Shown here: positions 36,614 through 47,238 of the stretch, one piece after another
Layout: each line of letters opens with the position of its first letter
Numbering within the stretch: position 1 is the stretch's first letter
Assembly: GCA_964412365.1 (NCBI GenBank)
Contig: CAYPOI010000005.1
Location: 1 to 61,192, forward strand
Reading direction: 5' to 3'
Length of the DNA: 61,192 nt
Source: an uncultured Chitinophagales bacterium
GTDB taxonomy: Bacteria > Bacteroidota > Rhodothermia > Balneolales > HLUCCA01
Notes under the pieces: model-generated
Database searches by the model: none
The model's input: only the letters and a program-made list of their open reading frames with translations
What the model was told of the DNA's origin: nothing
Made by a program: the position numbers and the translations under genes

Positions 36614-38177
36614 CGCACACATCCATCCCCTTCACACATCGCCTCTCGTGGTACGTCGGGCATTGCTATCGGTATCCGACAAAACCGGACTCCTCACACT
36701 GGCAGAATTTCTACATGCTCAGGGAGTGGAATTGGTCTCGACCGGTGGCACCAAGAAAACCTTGGAGTCGGCGAATATTCCTGTAAAAGATGTGGCCGAA
36801 ATCACCGGATTTCCGGAAGTGATGGATGGGCGGGTGAAAACGTTGCATCCGGGCGTGCATGCCGGTTTGTTGGCTAGAACATCCTATGCGGCGGATGTCG
36901 AGACACTCAAGCAACTGAACATCCTGCCGTTTGAATTGGTCGTGGTGAATCTGTATCCATTCAATGAGACCGTAGCGAAGCCCGATACCACGCCTGAGAA
37001 AGCATTGGAATTCATCGATATCGGCGGTCCGACCATGGTGCGTGCTTCGGCCAAGAATTTTCCGCATGTCTGCATCCTCACGAATCCGGATCAATACGAT
37101 GCGTTCATGGCGGAATTGACATCCGGAGCGATCTCCTTCCTCACACGTCGGTCTCTGGCTGCGAAAGCGTTCGACCACACATCCGCCTACGACACGGCCA
37201 TTTCACAGTATTTCAGCACGTGGATGGACCACACGATGCCATCTCAATTCGGTCTGACCTTGCCATTGGTCGAGGAAGTGCGTTACGGGGAAAATCCACA
37301 GCAAAAAGCGGCGGTATATGGGGATCCGGGTCGGTATTTCACGTGTTTCCATGGCAAGCAGCTCAGTTACAACAATTATCTGGATCTGGCTGCGGCGATC
37401 GATATCGCATCGGATTTTAAATATGCGGATCCGACGTGCGTGATCATCAAGCACACGAATCCGAGCGGCGTGGCAACGGCCGGAACACTCACCGAAGCGT
37501 ATAAACTGGCTTTCGCGACGGATACCATTTCTCCGTTCGGTGGCATCATCGCCGTGAACACCGAATTGGATCTGGAAGCGGCCACAGCGATGGATGCGAT
37601 TTTCACCGAGATCATCATCGCTCCCTCGTTTTCTGCGGAAGCCGAGGCCTTGTTGACGAAGAAATCACAGCGGCGCTTGATCCGTTTGAACGAATGGCCG
37701 GAATCGGGCAATGCATTGCACATACGATCGATACTTGGCGGCTTGTTGGTGCAACAGCAAGATGCGGTGACCATCACGGAAGCCGATTTGAAAGTGGTGA
37801 CGAAACGTCAACCATCCGAACAGGAAATACAGGATCTGCTATTCGCTTGGAAGATCGCCAAGCATGCGAAATCGAACTGCATCGTGTTTGCGAAAGAGGG
37901 TCGGACTTTGGGTATCGGGGTTGGTCAGACGAGCCGTGTGGACAGCAGTGAACTGGCTGTATTGAAAGCCGCGAAGTTCGGAATCAGCTTGCAAGGCGCG
38001 GCGGTGGCCTCGGAAGCGTTCTTCCCGTTTGCGGATGGTGTTGAAGCGGCGGCAGCGGCCGGTTGCACCAGCGTGATTCAGCCCGGAGGCAGTGTGAGGG
38101 ATGAGGATGTGATCGCCACGGCAGACCGACTCGGACTTGCGATGGTTTTCACAGGAATTCGCCATTTCAAGCATTAA
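36603..38177 (+). CDS. purH: bifunctional AICAR transformylase / IMP cyclohydrolase
   Basis: It has RRALLSVSDKTGL, STGGT, GRVKTLHPGVHAGLL, NLYPF and the C-terminal QPGGSVRDEDVI...GIRHFKH. Confidence 0.95.
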   Translation: MAADAHIHPLHTSPLVVRRALLSVSDKTGLLTLAEFLHAQGVELVSTGGTKKTLESANIPVKDVAEITGFPEVMDGRVKTLHPGVHAGLLARTSYAADVETLKQLNILPFELVVVNLYPFNETVAKPDTTPEKALEFIDIGGPTMVRASAKNFPHVCILTNPDQYDAFMAELTSGAISFLTRRSLAAKAFDHTSAYDTAISQYFSTWMDHTMPSQFGLTLPLVEEVRYGENPQQKAAVYGDPGRYFTCFHGKQLSYNNYLDLAAAIDIASDFKYADPTCVIIKHTNPSGVATAGTLTEAYKLAFATDTISPFGGIIAVNTELDLEAATAMDAIFTEIIIAPSFSAEAEALLTKKSQRRLIRLNEWPESGNALHIRSILGGLLVQQQDAVTITEADLKVVTKRQPSEQEIQDLLFAWKIAKHAKSNCIVFAKEGRTLGIGVGQTSRVDSSELAVLKAAKFGISLQGAAVASEAFFPFADGVEAAAAAGCTSVIQPGGSVRDEDVIATADRLGLAMVFTGIRHFKH

Positions 38178-38250
38178 AATTATATTCGTATTCGCATGGA
38201 AAGCCGTGAAATGGTAACTTCCGCTCAACTTTTTAACTCTCCCGCATCCA

Positions 38251-39306
38251 ATGGTTGAAGCTCCAGACGTACACACAAAGCGCAAATCATCACCAAGTGG
38301 CATTTTTGATTGGATCTACTCCGATATTGCGATCGATCTGGGCACTGCCAATACGCTGATTTACCGAAAAGGGCAAGGAATTGTCCTGAACGAACCCTCC
38401 ATCGTCGCACTGAATTCGCAGAATCTGGCTGTCGCGGTCGGGCATGAGGCCCGCCTCATGCACGAGAAAACGCACAAGGATATCCGTACGGTTCGTCCGT
38501 TGCGCGATGGTGTGATCGCTGATTTCGAAGTCGCGGAGCTGATGATCCGTGGCATGATCAAGAAAGTGAAAATGAAATGGTACACCACCACACGGAAAAT
38601 GGTGGTCTGCGTTCCAAGCGGCATCACCGAAGTGGAAAAACGTGCCGTTCGCGACAGTGCCGAGCACGCCGGTGCCAAAGAAGTGTATCTGGTGGATGAG
38701 CCCATGGCCGCCGCGATCGGTATTGGTTTGGATGTCCATGAGCCGGTGGGCAACATGATCGTGGATATCGGTGGCGGTACCACGGAGATCGCGGTCATCG
38801 CTCTTTCCGGTATCGTCTATTCACAGTCCGTCCGTTTGGGTGGAGATGAATTGAATGATGACATCATCAACTATTTCCGTCGCAATCACAATTTGCTGAT
38901 CGGTGAGCGCACCGCCGAGCAAGTGAAATGCATGATCGGTTCCGCCGCGCCTTTGGATGAGGAAATCGAGATCACCACGAAAGGTCGTGATTTGGTCAAC
39001 GGCGTGCCGCGCATCCGTACCGTCTCGAGTGTGGAGGTTCGGGAAGCCATTTCCGAGTCAGTGAACACCATCATCGAATCGATCACCAAATCGTTGGAAC
39101 AGACACCTCCTGAATTGTCGGCGGATATCCTCGACCGAGGCATCATGCTGACCGGTGGCGGCGCCCTGCTCAAGAACCTCGACAAATTGATCATGGACAC
39201 CACCGATCTTCCGGTCCACATCGCTGAAGATCCATTGACAGCCGTTGTGCGCGGAACCGGCGCCATCCTTGAAAACATCGACTATTATCGTGCTGTGATT
39301 AGCTGA
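38251..39306 (+). CDS. mreB: rod-shape-determining protein MreB
   Basis: It has DIAIDLGTANTLIY, DGVIADFE, VDIGGGTTEIAV and GIMLTGGGALLKNLD. The N-terminal extension is longer than usual, so the exact start is uncertain. Confidence 0.93.
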   Translation: MVEAPDVHTKRKSSPSGIFDWIYSDIAIDLGTANTLIYRKGQGIVLNEPSIVALNSQNLAVAVGHEARLMHEKTHKDIRTVRPLRDGVIADFEVAELMIRGMIKKVKMKWYTTTRKMVVCVPSGITEVEKRAVRDSAEHAGAKEVYLVDEPMAAAIGIGLDVHEPVGNMIVDIGGGTTEIAVIALSGIVYSQSVRLGGDELNDDIINYFRRNHNLLIGERTAEQVKCMIGSAAPLDEEIEITTKGRDLVNGVPRIRTVSSVEVREAISESVNTIIESITKSLEQTPPELSADILDRGIMLTGGGALLKNLDKLIMDTTDLPVHIAEDPLTAVVRGTGAILENIDYYRAVIS

Positions 39307-40148
39307 TGAGGCTGTTTGCCAACATCGGGGATGCCCGCGATCATATTTTGACGGCATTTCTGCTGCTGGTATCCATCGGCCTGATGGTGGCTCGCAATGA
39401 TGGCGGACTCCACAACCTGCGCGTGAGTTCCATTGTGGCGATCAGTTACATGGAGCAGCCACTATCCCAAATCCGCATTTATCGTCAAGCCTTGCTCACC
39501 AACCGGGATCTGCGTCGTGACAACATCCTGCTACAAGACGAAATTAGCCGACTGCGATCTGCGGATGAGGAACTGCTCGAATTACGGGCGATGCTCGGTA
39601 TCCGTGAAAATCCATCCTTCGATCATCCTCTGATTCCGACCAGCATCGTAGGCAAGAACCTGACGGGATTGAACAACTCCCTGACCATCGATTCGGGATC
39701 CATAGACAGCGTGACGGCGGGCATGGCGGTGATCAATAGCAAAGGGTTGGTGGGTCGGGTGATTCTCACATCCCCCGAATACGCGCAAGTGATGCCCTTG
39801 AGCAATTCCTTGTTCCGAGTATCGGCGATGGTTCAAGGATCCCGGAGTTATGGCATCGTGAGTTGGGAAGGAGAACGGATGGATGAACTGGTGCTGAATT
39901 ATGTACCCCGCACCGCCGACATCCAAGCTGGAATGATCGTGGAGACATCCGGTTACAGCAACCATCTGCCGGCGCACATCCCGATCGGAGAAGTGACCCG
40001 CATCGTGCCGGAACCCGGTCGTGAAACGTTGCGAATCTATCTGCGTCCATTTGTCGATCTGTCGACCGTTGCCGAGGGTTTCGTTGTGCGGTATGTGCCT
40101 ACGTTCGAAGTGGACTCTCTTATGACCCGATACGAAACCCTGTTCTGA
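39306..40148 (+). CDS. mreC: rod-shape-determining protein MreC
   Basis: It follows mreB. It has a TM segment, a coiled coil (LQDEISRLRSADEELLELR) and a beta domain with GMAVINSKGLVGRV. Confidence 0.85.
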   Translation: MRLFANIGDARDHILTAFLLLVSIGLMVARNDGGLHNLRVSSIVAISYMEQPLSQIRIYRQALLTNRDLRRDNILLQDEISRLRSADEELLELRAMLGIRENPSFDHPLIPTSIVGKNLTGLNNSLTIDSGSIDSVTAGMAVINSKGLVGRVILTSPEYAQVMPLSNSLFRVSAMVQGSRSYGIVSWEGERMDELVLNYVPRTADIQAGMIVETSGYSNHLPAHIPIGEVTRIVPEPGRETLRIYLRPFVDLSTVAEGFVVRYVPTFEVDSLMTRYETLF

Positions 40149-40149
40149 C

Positions 40150-40620
40150 ATGAGTGTGATTCGCGACATCCTGATCGGAATCCTCATCGTGGTCTTGCAG
40201 ATCACGGTGTTCCGCCATTTGCGGATTCTGGGTATCGAACCGGACATCACCATCATCCTGTTGTTCTTGTGGATGGTTCGATACGACCGGACGCGGATGC
40301 TACTCATCGCATTCAGCATCGGGTTCTTTCAAGATATGCTGATGGATTGGTGGGGATTGAACATGTTCGCCAAAACCCTCACGGTCATGCTCATGCATCC
40401 GTATGTCCCCAAAAAAGACGACAGCACATTGGGCATTTATCCGTTCACACTGTATCTGAGTTTGACCGCTTTCCTTCACCAGATATTCCTCTTATCGATG
40501 ACCATGTTTTCCGATTCGTTCGCACTGGGTGGATCCAAAACCTTGTTTCTGATCGGGAACACCCTCTTCACATCGGGGTTGGGAATGGTGTCGTACATCC
40601 TCAGCGGACGCCGGATCTGA
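40150..40620 (+). CDS. mreD: rod-shape-determining protein MreD
   Basis: It is a 156-aa polytopic membrane protein in the mreBCD position. Confidence 0.75.
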   Translation: MSVIRDILIGILIVVLQITVFRHLRILGIEPDITIILLFLWMVRYDRTRMLLIAFSIGFFQDMLMDWWGLNMFAKTLTVMLMHPYVPKKDDSTLGIYPFTLYLSLTAFLHQIFLLSMTMFSDSFALGGSKTLFLIGNTLFTSGLGMVSYILSGRRI

Positions 40621-40621
40621 T

Positions 40622-42460
40622 ATGGCCACATCCCACCAGCAAACCCAACATCTGAAAACATCGATCCGCATCCTGCAGATCGTTGTGGCCACAATGATGA
40701 TTGGCTTGCTGTTTCGTGCGTTTCAGCTTCAAGTTATCGATTACGAAGAATACGTGCCGGTAAGTCAACAGAACAGCATCCGTCAAGAGCCGATCACCGC
40801 GGCTCGGGGCACCATCATGGACCGAAACATGATCGTGATCGTGGAAAACACGCCGGTCTATTCATTGTATGTGACCCCATCCGATTTCAAACCGGAAAAC
40901 GCCGAACTTTTGGCCGGACTGTTGGATGTGACGGTAGACGAAGTCAGAACCCGATTGGCCAAGGCGCGGGCATACAGCTGGCATCGTCCGTCGAGATTGT
41001 TTGATGAAGTCGAGTTTGAAGACTTTTCGCGGGTTGAAGAAAACATCTGGCAATTGCCCGGGCTCTCCCATCAAATCGAAAGCAAACGCTTCTACCCTGC
41101 CGGTGTGAACGGATCTCATGTGTTGGGCTATTTGAGCGAAGTGACCGAACGCGAATACCGTTCCGATGCCGGCTACCGCTTAGGCGATAAGGCCGGTCGA
41201 AGCGGCGTCGAGTTCACTTACGAACGATATTTGCGCGGTGAAACCGGGCAAGAATACAAAATCGTGAATGCCTATGGGCAAGGCATCGGGCCATTCGAGA
41301 ATGGTGAGAGGGATGTGGAACCGGTCAAGGGGCAGACCATTTTCACCTCGATCGATGCGCGGCTGCAACAACTGGCCGAAGAGCTGATGAAAGGTAAATC
41401 AGGTAGCCTGGTGGCGATGGATCCTCGTACAGGGGAAATCCTCGCCTTGGTGAGTGCGCCGGATTTCGACATCACCCGATTGTCCGGCAAATTAGACAAA
41501 CCCTACTGGCGGATGCTCAACACCGATGGGCAAGGACGTCCACTATTCAATCGTGCCGTCACCACACGTCAACCTCCCGGATCCACTTTCAAGCCCTTGA
41601 TGGGACTCATCGGACTCCGACTCGGTGTGGTCAGTGAGGACACCCGCGTGTTCTGTTCTGGAGGCTACTTCCTCGGTCGATTGTATCGGTGCACGGAACG
41701 GCACGGAAGCCAGGATCTGGAAGATGCCATCAAAAACTCGTGCAATACCTACTTCTATTCCATGATGCACCAGATCGTGCGCCAACACGGACTCGAAGTC
41801 TGGCATGATATGGCTAAGCAATTCGGGTTGGGTCGTCTCAATTATATCGACATCCCCTCCGAAGATACTGGCATTCTTCCCGACTCCTTGTACTTCGACC
41901 GGGCGTTCGGCGTTCGGAAATGGGGCATCGGTGATATGATCAATTTGGGCATCGGTCAAGGTGCGATGGGCTTTTCCCCGCTTCAGATGGCCGAGGTGGT
42001 TTCCATCATCGCCAATGGTGGAAACTGGGTACAACCGCACGTGGTCCGTTCGATCGAGAATGCGGATGGGAATCGTAGCGATATGACAGCCCGGGTTACG
42101 AAAATCGATTGGTTGAGGGATGAGGATTTGGCCATCGTGAAAAAAGGGATGCGTCGCGCGGTGCTTGAAGGAGCCGGACGCTTTTATGTGAACATCCCGA
42201 GTGTGGACATCGCCGGCAAAACCGGAACCGCGCAAAATCCTCACGGATTCGACCATGGCTGGTACATCGGTTTCGCACCGTATGAGTCGCCTACCATCGC
42301 CGTAGCTGTGATCATTGAAAACGGCGGGTTTGGATCCATTTCAGCTGCGCCGATCGCATCCCTGTTGATTGAACAGTATCTGACGGGAGAGTTGAGTCGA
42401 CCGCATGTCAAAAACATGATGTTGAATTTTGTGCCTCGTAGCAGTGAGGTTCGACGCTGA
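40622..42460 (+). CDS. mrdA: penicillin-binding protein 2 (elongasome transpeptidase)
   Basis: It has RGTIMDRN (dimerisation domain) and the transpeptidase motifs STFK (PPGSTFKP), SCN (KNSCNTYF) and KTGT (AGKTGTAQ). Confidence 0.92.
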   Translation: MATSHQQTQHLKTSIRILQIVVATMMIGLLFRAFQLQVIDYEEYVPVSQQNSIRQEPITAARGTIMDRNMIVIVENTPVYSLYVTPSDFKPENAELLAGLLDVTVDEVRTRLAKARAYSWHRPSRLFDEVEFEDFSRVEENIWQLPGLSHQIESKRFYPAGVNGSHVLGYLSEVTEREYRSDAGYRLGDKAGRSGVEFTYERYLRGETGQEYKIVNAYGQGIGPFENGERDVEPVKGQTIFTSIDARLQQLAEELMKGKSGSLVAMDPRTGEILALVSAPDFDITRLSGKLDKPYWRMLNTDGQGRPLFNRAVTTRQPPGSTFKPLMGLIGLRLGVVSEDTRVFCSGGYFLGRLYRCTERHGSQDLEDAIKNSCNTYFYSMMHQIVRQHGLEVWHDMAKQFGLGRLNYIDIPSEDTGILPDSLYFDRAFGVRKWGIGDMINLGIGQGAMGFSPLQMAEVVSIIANGGNWVQPHVVRSIENADGNRSDMTARVTKIDWLRDEDLAIVKKGMRRAVLEGAGRFYVNIPSVDIAGKTGTAQNPHGFDHGWYIGFAPYESPTIAVAVIIENGGFGSISAAPIASLLIEQYLTGELSRPHVKNMMLNFVPRSSEVRR

Positions 42461-42461
42461 T

Positions 42462-43721
42462 ATGACTTGGTATCGCAATTTGGATTGGGTTACGTTCATT
42501 TGCTGGGTGATCCTTACCACCATCGGGCTCGTCGCGATTTACAGCGCCACTCTCGGACCGGTTTCCGAATTCCTTCCGACCAACATCCAAGGAAACTTCG
42601 CAAAACAATCTGCTTTTGTCGGACTGGCCTTTTGCGCGATGGTCTTCATCCAATTCACCGCGCCGAGAACGTTCGAGCAAGTCTCCTATCTGGCGTATGC
42701 ATTTTTCCTGCTTCTTACCATATCCACGTTGTTCATCGGCGTGGAAGTGAATGGTGCGAAAAGTTGGTTGGAATTCGCGGGAGTCCGGATTCAAACCTCC
42801 GAACTGATGAAAGTGGCCACGGTATTGGCCGTCGCAAACTTCCTGACGAGTCGACGGGATATTTCCGCCGTGCGAATCGGAACCGCGTTGATCGCCACGG
42901 GTCTGATCTTGGTTCCGGCCGGCCTCATTCTGTTGCAAAACGATACCGGTACGGCGCTTGTGTTCATGCCGCTTATTCCGGTCATGCTGTTTCTATCGGG
43001 CTTGCCACGAGGTGTGAGCCTGTTCATGATTTCACCGGCCATCATCGGTTATGCGTCGCTCATCGATTGGTATTGGGGACTTATATTGACCGTGGTATTG
43101 GCATTCATGATTTACATGATCCAAAAGCAACCATGGCTGGCCGTGGCTTCCCTCATTGTGGGCATCCTGGTCGTGATCGCTGTGAACGTCGCCTTGACGC
43201 AAGTCTTGCAACCTCACCAAGTAAATCGCATCGAGGCCTTCTTGAATCCACAGAGCGACCCACAGGGCGCAGGATGGAATGTGATTCAAGCCACAACGGC
43301 GATCGGCAGTGGCGGACTATTCGGAAAAGGATTCCTTCAAGGCACTCAGACCCAGCTCCGGTTTCTTCCCGAACAATGGACCGATTTCATCTTCTGTGTG
43401 ATCGGTGAAGAATGGGGATTGCTGGGTACCGGAACCGTCATCATAACCCTTCTTATTTTATTGATGCGATTCATGGGCAACGCGGTGACGATCAAAAACC
43501 CCTTCACGCAATTGATGTTTGTGGGGGCGGCCACCATCTTCTTCACGCACATTTTGATCAACCTAAGCAGCACAATGGGACTCATGCCTATCATCGGCAT
43601 TCCCTTGCCGTTCATCAGCTATGGCGGATCGGCGTTCTTGGCCAATACGATCCTTTTAGCCATCTGCATGAACGCCTACTACTACCAGCGCGAGTTGGTC
43701 GTGTTCGGAAAAGCGCGTTAA
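42462..43721 (+). CDS. rodA: SEDS peptidoglycan glycosyltransferase RodA
   Basis: I take the start at ATG 42462 (MTWYRNLDWVTF), just after the mrdA stop. SEDS motifs include IQTSELMKV, LPEQWTDFIF and GIPLPFISYGGSAF. Confidence 0.9.
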   Translation: MTWYRNLDWVTFICWVILTTIGLVAIYSATLGPVSEFLPTNIQGNFAKQSAFVGLAFCAMVFIQFTAPRTFEQVSYLAYAFFLLLTISTLFIGVEVNGAKSWLEFAGVRIQTSELMKVATVLAVANFLTSRRDISAVRIGTALIATGLILVPAGLILLQNDTGTALVFMPLIPVMLFLSGLPRGVSLFMISPAIIGYASLIDWYWGLILTVVLAFMIYMIQKQPWLAVASLIVGILVVIAVNVALTQVLQPHQVNRIEAFLNPQSDPQGAGWNVIQATTAIGSGGLFGKGFLQGTQTQLRFLPEQWTDFIFCVIGEEWGLLGTGTVIITLLILLMRFMGNAVTIKNPFTQLMFVGAATIFFTHILINLSSTMGLMPIIGIPLPFISYGGSAFLANTILLAICMNAYYYQRELVVFGKAR

Positions 43722-44314
43722 ACCGGCTTCCACTTGAACGACTCGCGGTGCCACGACGTGGGTCCGTGCGTTTGCAAGCCGCGCCGATGCTCTTTGGTCG
43801 GATACCCCACATTACGGTCCCAGCCATACTGCGGCATGGCCTCATGAAGCTCACGCATCAGGTTGTCGCGATATTGCTTAGCCAGGATGGATGCGGCGGC
43901 GATGGAAGCGGAAATGGCATCGCCTTTGACGATGCATAGATGAGGCACGATCGAGCTGGTGAAGCGGTTGCCGTCGATGAGCAGATAATCCGGTGCGGCG
44001 CCCGGGGCTTCGCTACAAGCGACCATCGCCGCGATGGAGGCCCAGAGGATGTTCAGCTGCTGGATCTGCTCCACAGACGATTCCTGGACCGTCCAAAAGA
44101 GAGCACGCTGTTTGATGTCGGCTTCAATCCGAATGCGGTCGCGCTCAGACAGCATCTTGCTGTCGTGCAAATCGGCTGGGATGTCGTTCGGGTTGAGGAT
44201 GACGCCAGCCGCGACAACCGGCCCAGCTAAGCATCCGCGTCCCACTTCATCCAGGCCCATGATCCGGGCATACCCTTGATCCCACAATCGCTGTTCATAT
44301 TCGGTAGATGCCAT
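43718..44314 (-). CDS. rnhB: ribonuclease HII
   Basis: It has GLDEVGRGCLAGPVV, LLIDGN and DSKMLS. Length is 198 aa. Confidence 0.92.
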   Translation of the reverse strand: MASTEYEQRLWDQGYARIMGLDEVGRGCLAGPVVAAGVILNPNDIPADLHDSKMLSERDRIRIEADIKQRALFWTVQESSVEQIQQLNILWASIAAMVACSEAPGAAPDYLLIDGNRFTSSIVPHLCIVKGDAISASIAAASILAKQYRDNLMRELHEAMPQYGWDRNVGYPTKEHRRGLQTHGPTSWHRESFKWKPV

Positions 44315-44334
44315 GGATTCAAATATATTCAGAC

Positions 44335-46107
44335 ATGGTCATTCTTATCGCACTTTTATTGCCATTCTCTGAACCACCCGAATGGGCTCAAAACGCCGTC
44401 TGGTATCAGATTTTCGTGGAACGGTTTCATAATGGAGACCCATCCAACGACCCCACCCTCGAAACCATGAAGGGCTCTTGGCCCCACATTCAACCAGACG
44501 GGTGGACCGTTACTCCATGGAATCACGATTGGTACGAGCAAGAAGAATGGGCAAAAGCCGCCGATCTGGATTTCTACACATCCGTCCAATTACGACGGTA
44601 TGGCGGAGATTTGAATGGTGTGATCCAAAAATTACCCTATTTGGCCGATTTGGGCATCACGGCGATCTACCTGAATCCTCTGAATGATGCCCCATCCCTG
44701 CATAAATACGATGCGAGGCATTATCACCATATCGATGTGAATTTCGGTTCCGATCCGGAAGGTGATATGGCCGCTATGGCCACGGAAGATCCGTCCGACC
44801 CCTCAACCTGGGTTTGGACCATGGCCGATCTCGAGTTTCTCGACCTCATTGAAAAAGCGCATCGCCTCGGAATACGGGTGATATTGGACGTATCATGGAA
44901 CCACACCGGCATGACGTTTTGGGCATGGAAGGATGTTCTTGAAAAGGGCAAGGACTCGAAATACGCCCATTGGTACAACATCGACTCCTTCGATCCATTG
45001 ACCTACACGGGTTGGGCCGGCGTTCCAGAGCTACCTGAATTCAACAAATCATCCGGAAATCTGCCGGATGACGTAAAAGCGCATATGTTCGCGGTCACGC
45101 GTCGCTGGATGGATCCTATGGGTGATGGTCACTTGGCTTATGGCGTGGATGGATTTCGGTTGGACGTGGCCGAATTGGTGCCGATGACCTTCTGGCGCGA
45201 ATATCGAACCTTCGTTCGTTCCATCAATCCGGATGCCTATCTCGTTGGAGAAGTATGGTGGGAGCATTGGCCTGAATCCATGCTGGATCCCGCACCTTGG
45301 TTGCAAGGCGATGTGTTTGATGCCGTGATGAACTACCGATGGTACATGCCATCACGGAGTTTCTTTGGCGACGCCCATCCCCGCATCCACACCACATTCG
45401 AGTATGTGTCGCACTTGGATTCGGTTGCCCGAAATATTCCGATGGCGAATCGTCGCGCCATGATGAATCTGACAGCAAGCCACGATTCGGAGCGATTCGG
45501 AACATCCATCCAGAACCAGAATCTGCCATATAAATATCGGATGTCGCCACGCGAAACGCGTACGATGCGCATCGACAAACCGGATGCTTGGACAAGGCGG
45601 TTGCAAGAACTCATCCTCATCCATCAATTCACGTACATCGGTGCGCCTCATATCTGGAATGGGGATGAGTTCGGGATGTGGGGAGCCGACGATCCGGATA
45701 TGCGCAAACCCATCATCTGGCCGGAGTTGGATTTCAAACCAGAATCCACGCATCCCTTGGGTCTACCCAGGGCTCGGAACGAGGTGGTAGCTGACATGAC
45801 GTTGCAAAACCACTACAAAACCTTGATAGGCATCCGAAGAGCCAATCCAGCGCTCACACAGGGTTCCTTGCGCTATCTACAAACGGGAGCGGACGAGCAA
45901 TCATTGGCGTTTGTGCGTGAAACCGATGGCAACACCGTTTTAGTGGTGTTCAACAATGCCGTGAGTGCACATTCCCTGAATGTGAAAGGGGCTCCGGACG
46001 GCACCTATGAAGATGCGATCGACGGAACCCCTTTTCAGATTTCGGAAGGGTCGTTACAGATCCGACTCGATGCGAAACGCGCTCGAATCCTGATCCATCG
46101 ACCTTGA
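44335..46107 (+). CDS. glycoside hydrolase family 13 alpha-amylase-type enzyme (cyclomaltodextrinase/neopullulanase-like)
   Basis: It has VWYQIFVERFHNGDPSND, GGDLNGVIQKLPYLADLGITAIYLNP, DVSWNHT, GFRLDVA, GEVW and ASHDSERF (GH13 regions I-IV). I prefer ATG 44335 because ATG 44308 would overlap the divergent rnhB start. Confidence 0.88.
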   Translation: MVILIALLLPFSEPPEWAQNAVWYQIFVERFHNGDPSNDPTLETMKGSWPHIQPDGWTVTPWNHDWYEQEEWAKAADLDFYTSVQLRRYGGDLNGVIQKLPYLADLGITAIYLNPLNDAPSLHKYDARHYHHIDVNFGSDPEGDMAAMATEDPSDPSTWVWTMADLEFLDLIEKAHRLGIRVILDVSWNHTGMTFWAWKDVLEKGKDSKYAHWYNIDSFDPLTYTGWAGVPELPEFNKSSGNLPDDVKAHMFAVTRRWMDPMGDGHLAYGVDGFRLDVAELVPMTFWREYRTFVRSINPDAYLVGEVWWEHWPESMLDPAPWLQGDVFDAVMNYRWYMPSRSFFGDAHPRIHTTFEYVSHLDSVARNIPMANRRAMMNLTASHDSERFGTSIQNQNLPYKYRMSPRETRTMRIDKPDAWTRRLQELILIHQFTYIGAPHIWNGDEFGMWGADDPDMRKPIIWPELDFKPESTHPLGLPRARNEVVADMTLQNHYKTLIGIRRANPALTQGSLRYLQTGADEQSLAFVRETDGNTVLVVFNNAVSAHSLNVKGAPDGTYEDAIDGTPFQISEGSLQIRLDAKRARILIHRP

Positions 46108-46108
46108 C

Positions 46109-46642
46109 TTACATGTTCAGACGGGCCATCACTTTGGTTGTGAGATTGTACCGGGTACGGACCTCTTCAGACACATAGATGATGAAAATATCGCCTTCGG
46201 TGGTCATGTCGTTGAGCACGTAAGCGATGCCCTCGGCTTTAGCCACTTCTTCAATGGCGGTTTGAACTCGAGCCAAGATCTTGCCCATCTCTTCTTGTTC
46301 GATGCGGGCCATTTCTTGGTCGGCGGCTTGGCTACGTTCCAGCAATTTACGAGCTTCTTCACGCAAGCGGGTTTCTTCGGTGTTGGCCGCATCAGGAGAT
46401 AATACTCCAGACTCGATTTTCACTTGCAGCTGCTGATTTTCGGTACGGAGACGGTTGTCTTCGGTAGAGAGCTCGCGCGTCACGCGCTCACGATAATTGT
46501 TCATGCGTTGTTGTGCGGAAGCGAATTCCGGCATGCGGCTGACGATGCCGTTCAGTTCGACGTACCCGACTTTGACATCTTGAGCGGTTAACGAACCGGC
46601 GACGAGCAAAAGGGCGATAGAGAGGATGGTAGTGCGGATCAT
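46109..46642 (-). CDS. OmpH/Skp-family periplasmic chaperone (copy 3)
   Basis: It has a signal peptide (MIRTTILSIALLLVAGSLTAQ), VGYVELNGIV, a long Q/E/R-rich coiled coil, and the C-terminal IAYVLN pattern. Confidence 0.82.
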   Translation of the reverse strand: MIRTTILSIALLLVAGSLTAQDVKVGYVELNGIVSRMPEFASAQQRMNNYRERVTRELSTEDNRLRTENQQLQVKIESGVLSPDAANTEETRLREEARKLLERSQAADQEMARIEQEEMGKILARVQTAIEEVAKAEGIAYVLNDMTTEGDIFIIYVSEEVRTRYNLTTKVMARLNM

Positions 46643-46647
46643 ATGGA

Positions 46648-47181
46648 TTATTTCTTCATTTGGTCAATTATGCGCTGTGTGATATCGGTCGGCGTCTTGG
46701 ACGCATCGGCGATAAACAGCAACGGGAGTTGGTTGGCGGCAAGTTGTTGATTGAAGATGTAATCCAACTTCAATTCGATCGCGATCGATTCGATGATGGC
46801 ATTCATTTCCTCCAATACAGGGCGCATCAGTTCGGACTGGCGGCGCTGAATCAGTTCAGGAATGCCACGCTCTGCCTGTTGCAATTCAGCGGCAACACGA
46901 CCCAAGCGGGCTTCTTCTTCTCGCTGCTGGGCTACAGACAGTCCGCTTTGACGAGTCTGATAGGCTTCCGCAGCTTGTTGAAATGAGATATAACGACGTT
47001 CTAAATCAGACTGTAGTTCGCCTTGATAGTCCGCTAACCGACGCTCAACGGCTGCTTTCTCCGGAAGCGCATCAAGTACGGTTTGTGGGTTCACCAAGCC
47101 GATGCGCATCTGAGCCATACTGGCACTGCTGAACATCAAGACGGCGAATAACCCGAGAAGAATCTTTTTGTGGTAGATCAT
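46648..47181 (-). CDS. OmpH/Skp-family periplasmic chaperone (copy 2)
   Basis: It has a signal peptide, IGLVNPQTVLDALPE, a coiled coil, and LDYIFN. Confidence 0.82.
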   Translation of the reverse strand: MIYHKKILLGLFAVLMFSSASMAQMRIGLVNPQTVLDALPEKAAVERRLADYQGELQSDLERRYISFQQAAEAYQTRQSGLSVAQQREEEARLGRVAAELQQAERGIPELIQRRQSELMRPVLEEMNAIIESIAIELKLDYIFNQQLAANQLPLLFIADASKTPTDITQRIIDQMKK

Positions 47182-47238
47182 ATGGATTGGATGTAGTTGA
47201 AAAACGTGCGAAAAATAGGAAATCGTATGCTCTTTTCC

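Noticed and set aside
42467-43408. A 313-aa plus-strand ORF in an alternative frame of rodA
   Set aside because: The in-frame RodA translation has all the SEDS motifs and membrane-protein character. The alternative frame is Arg/His/Gly-rich nonsense.
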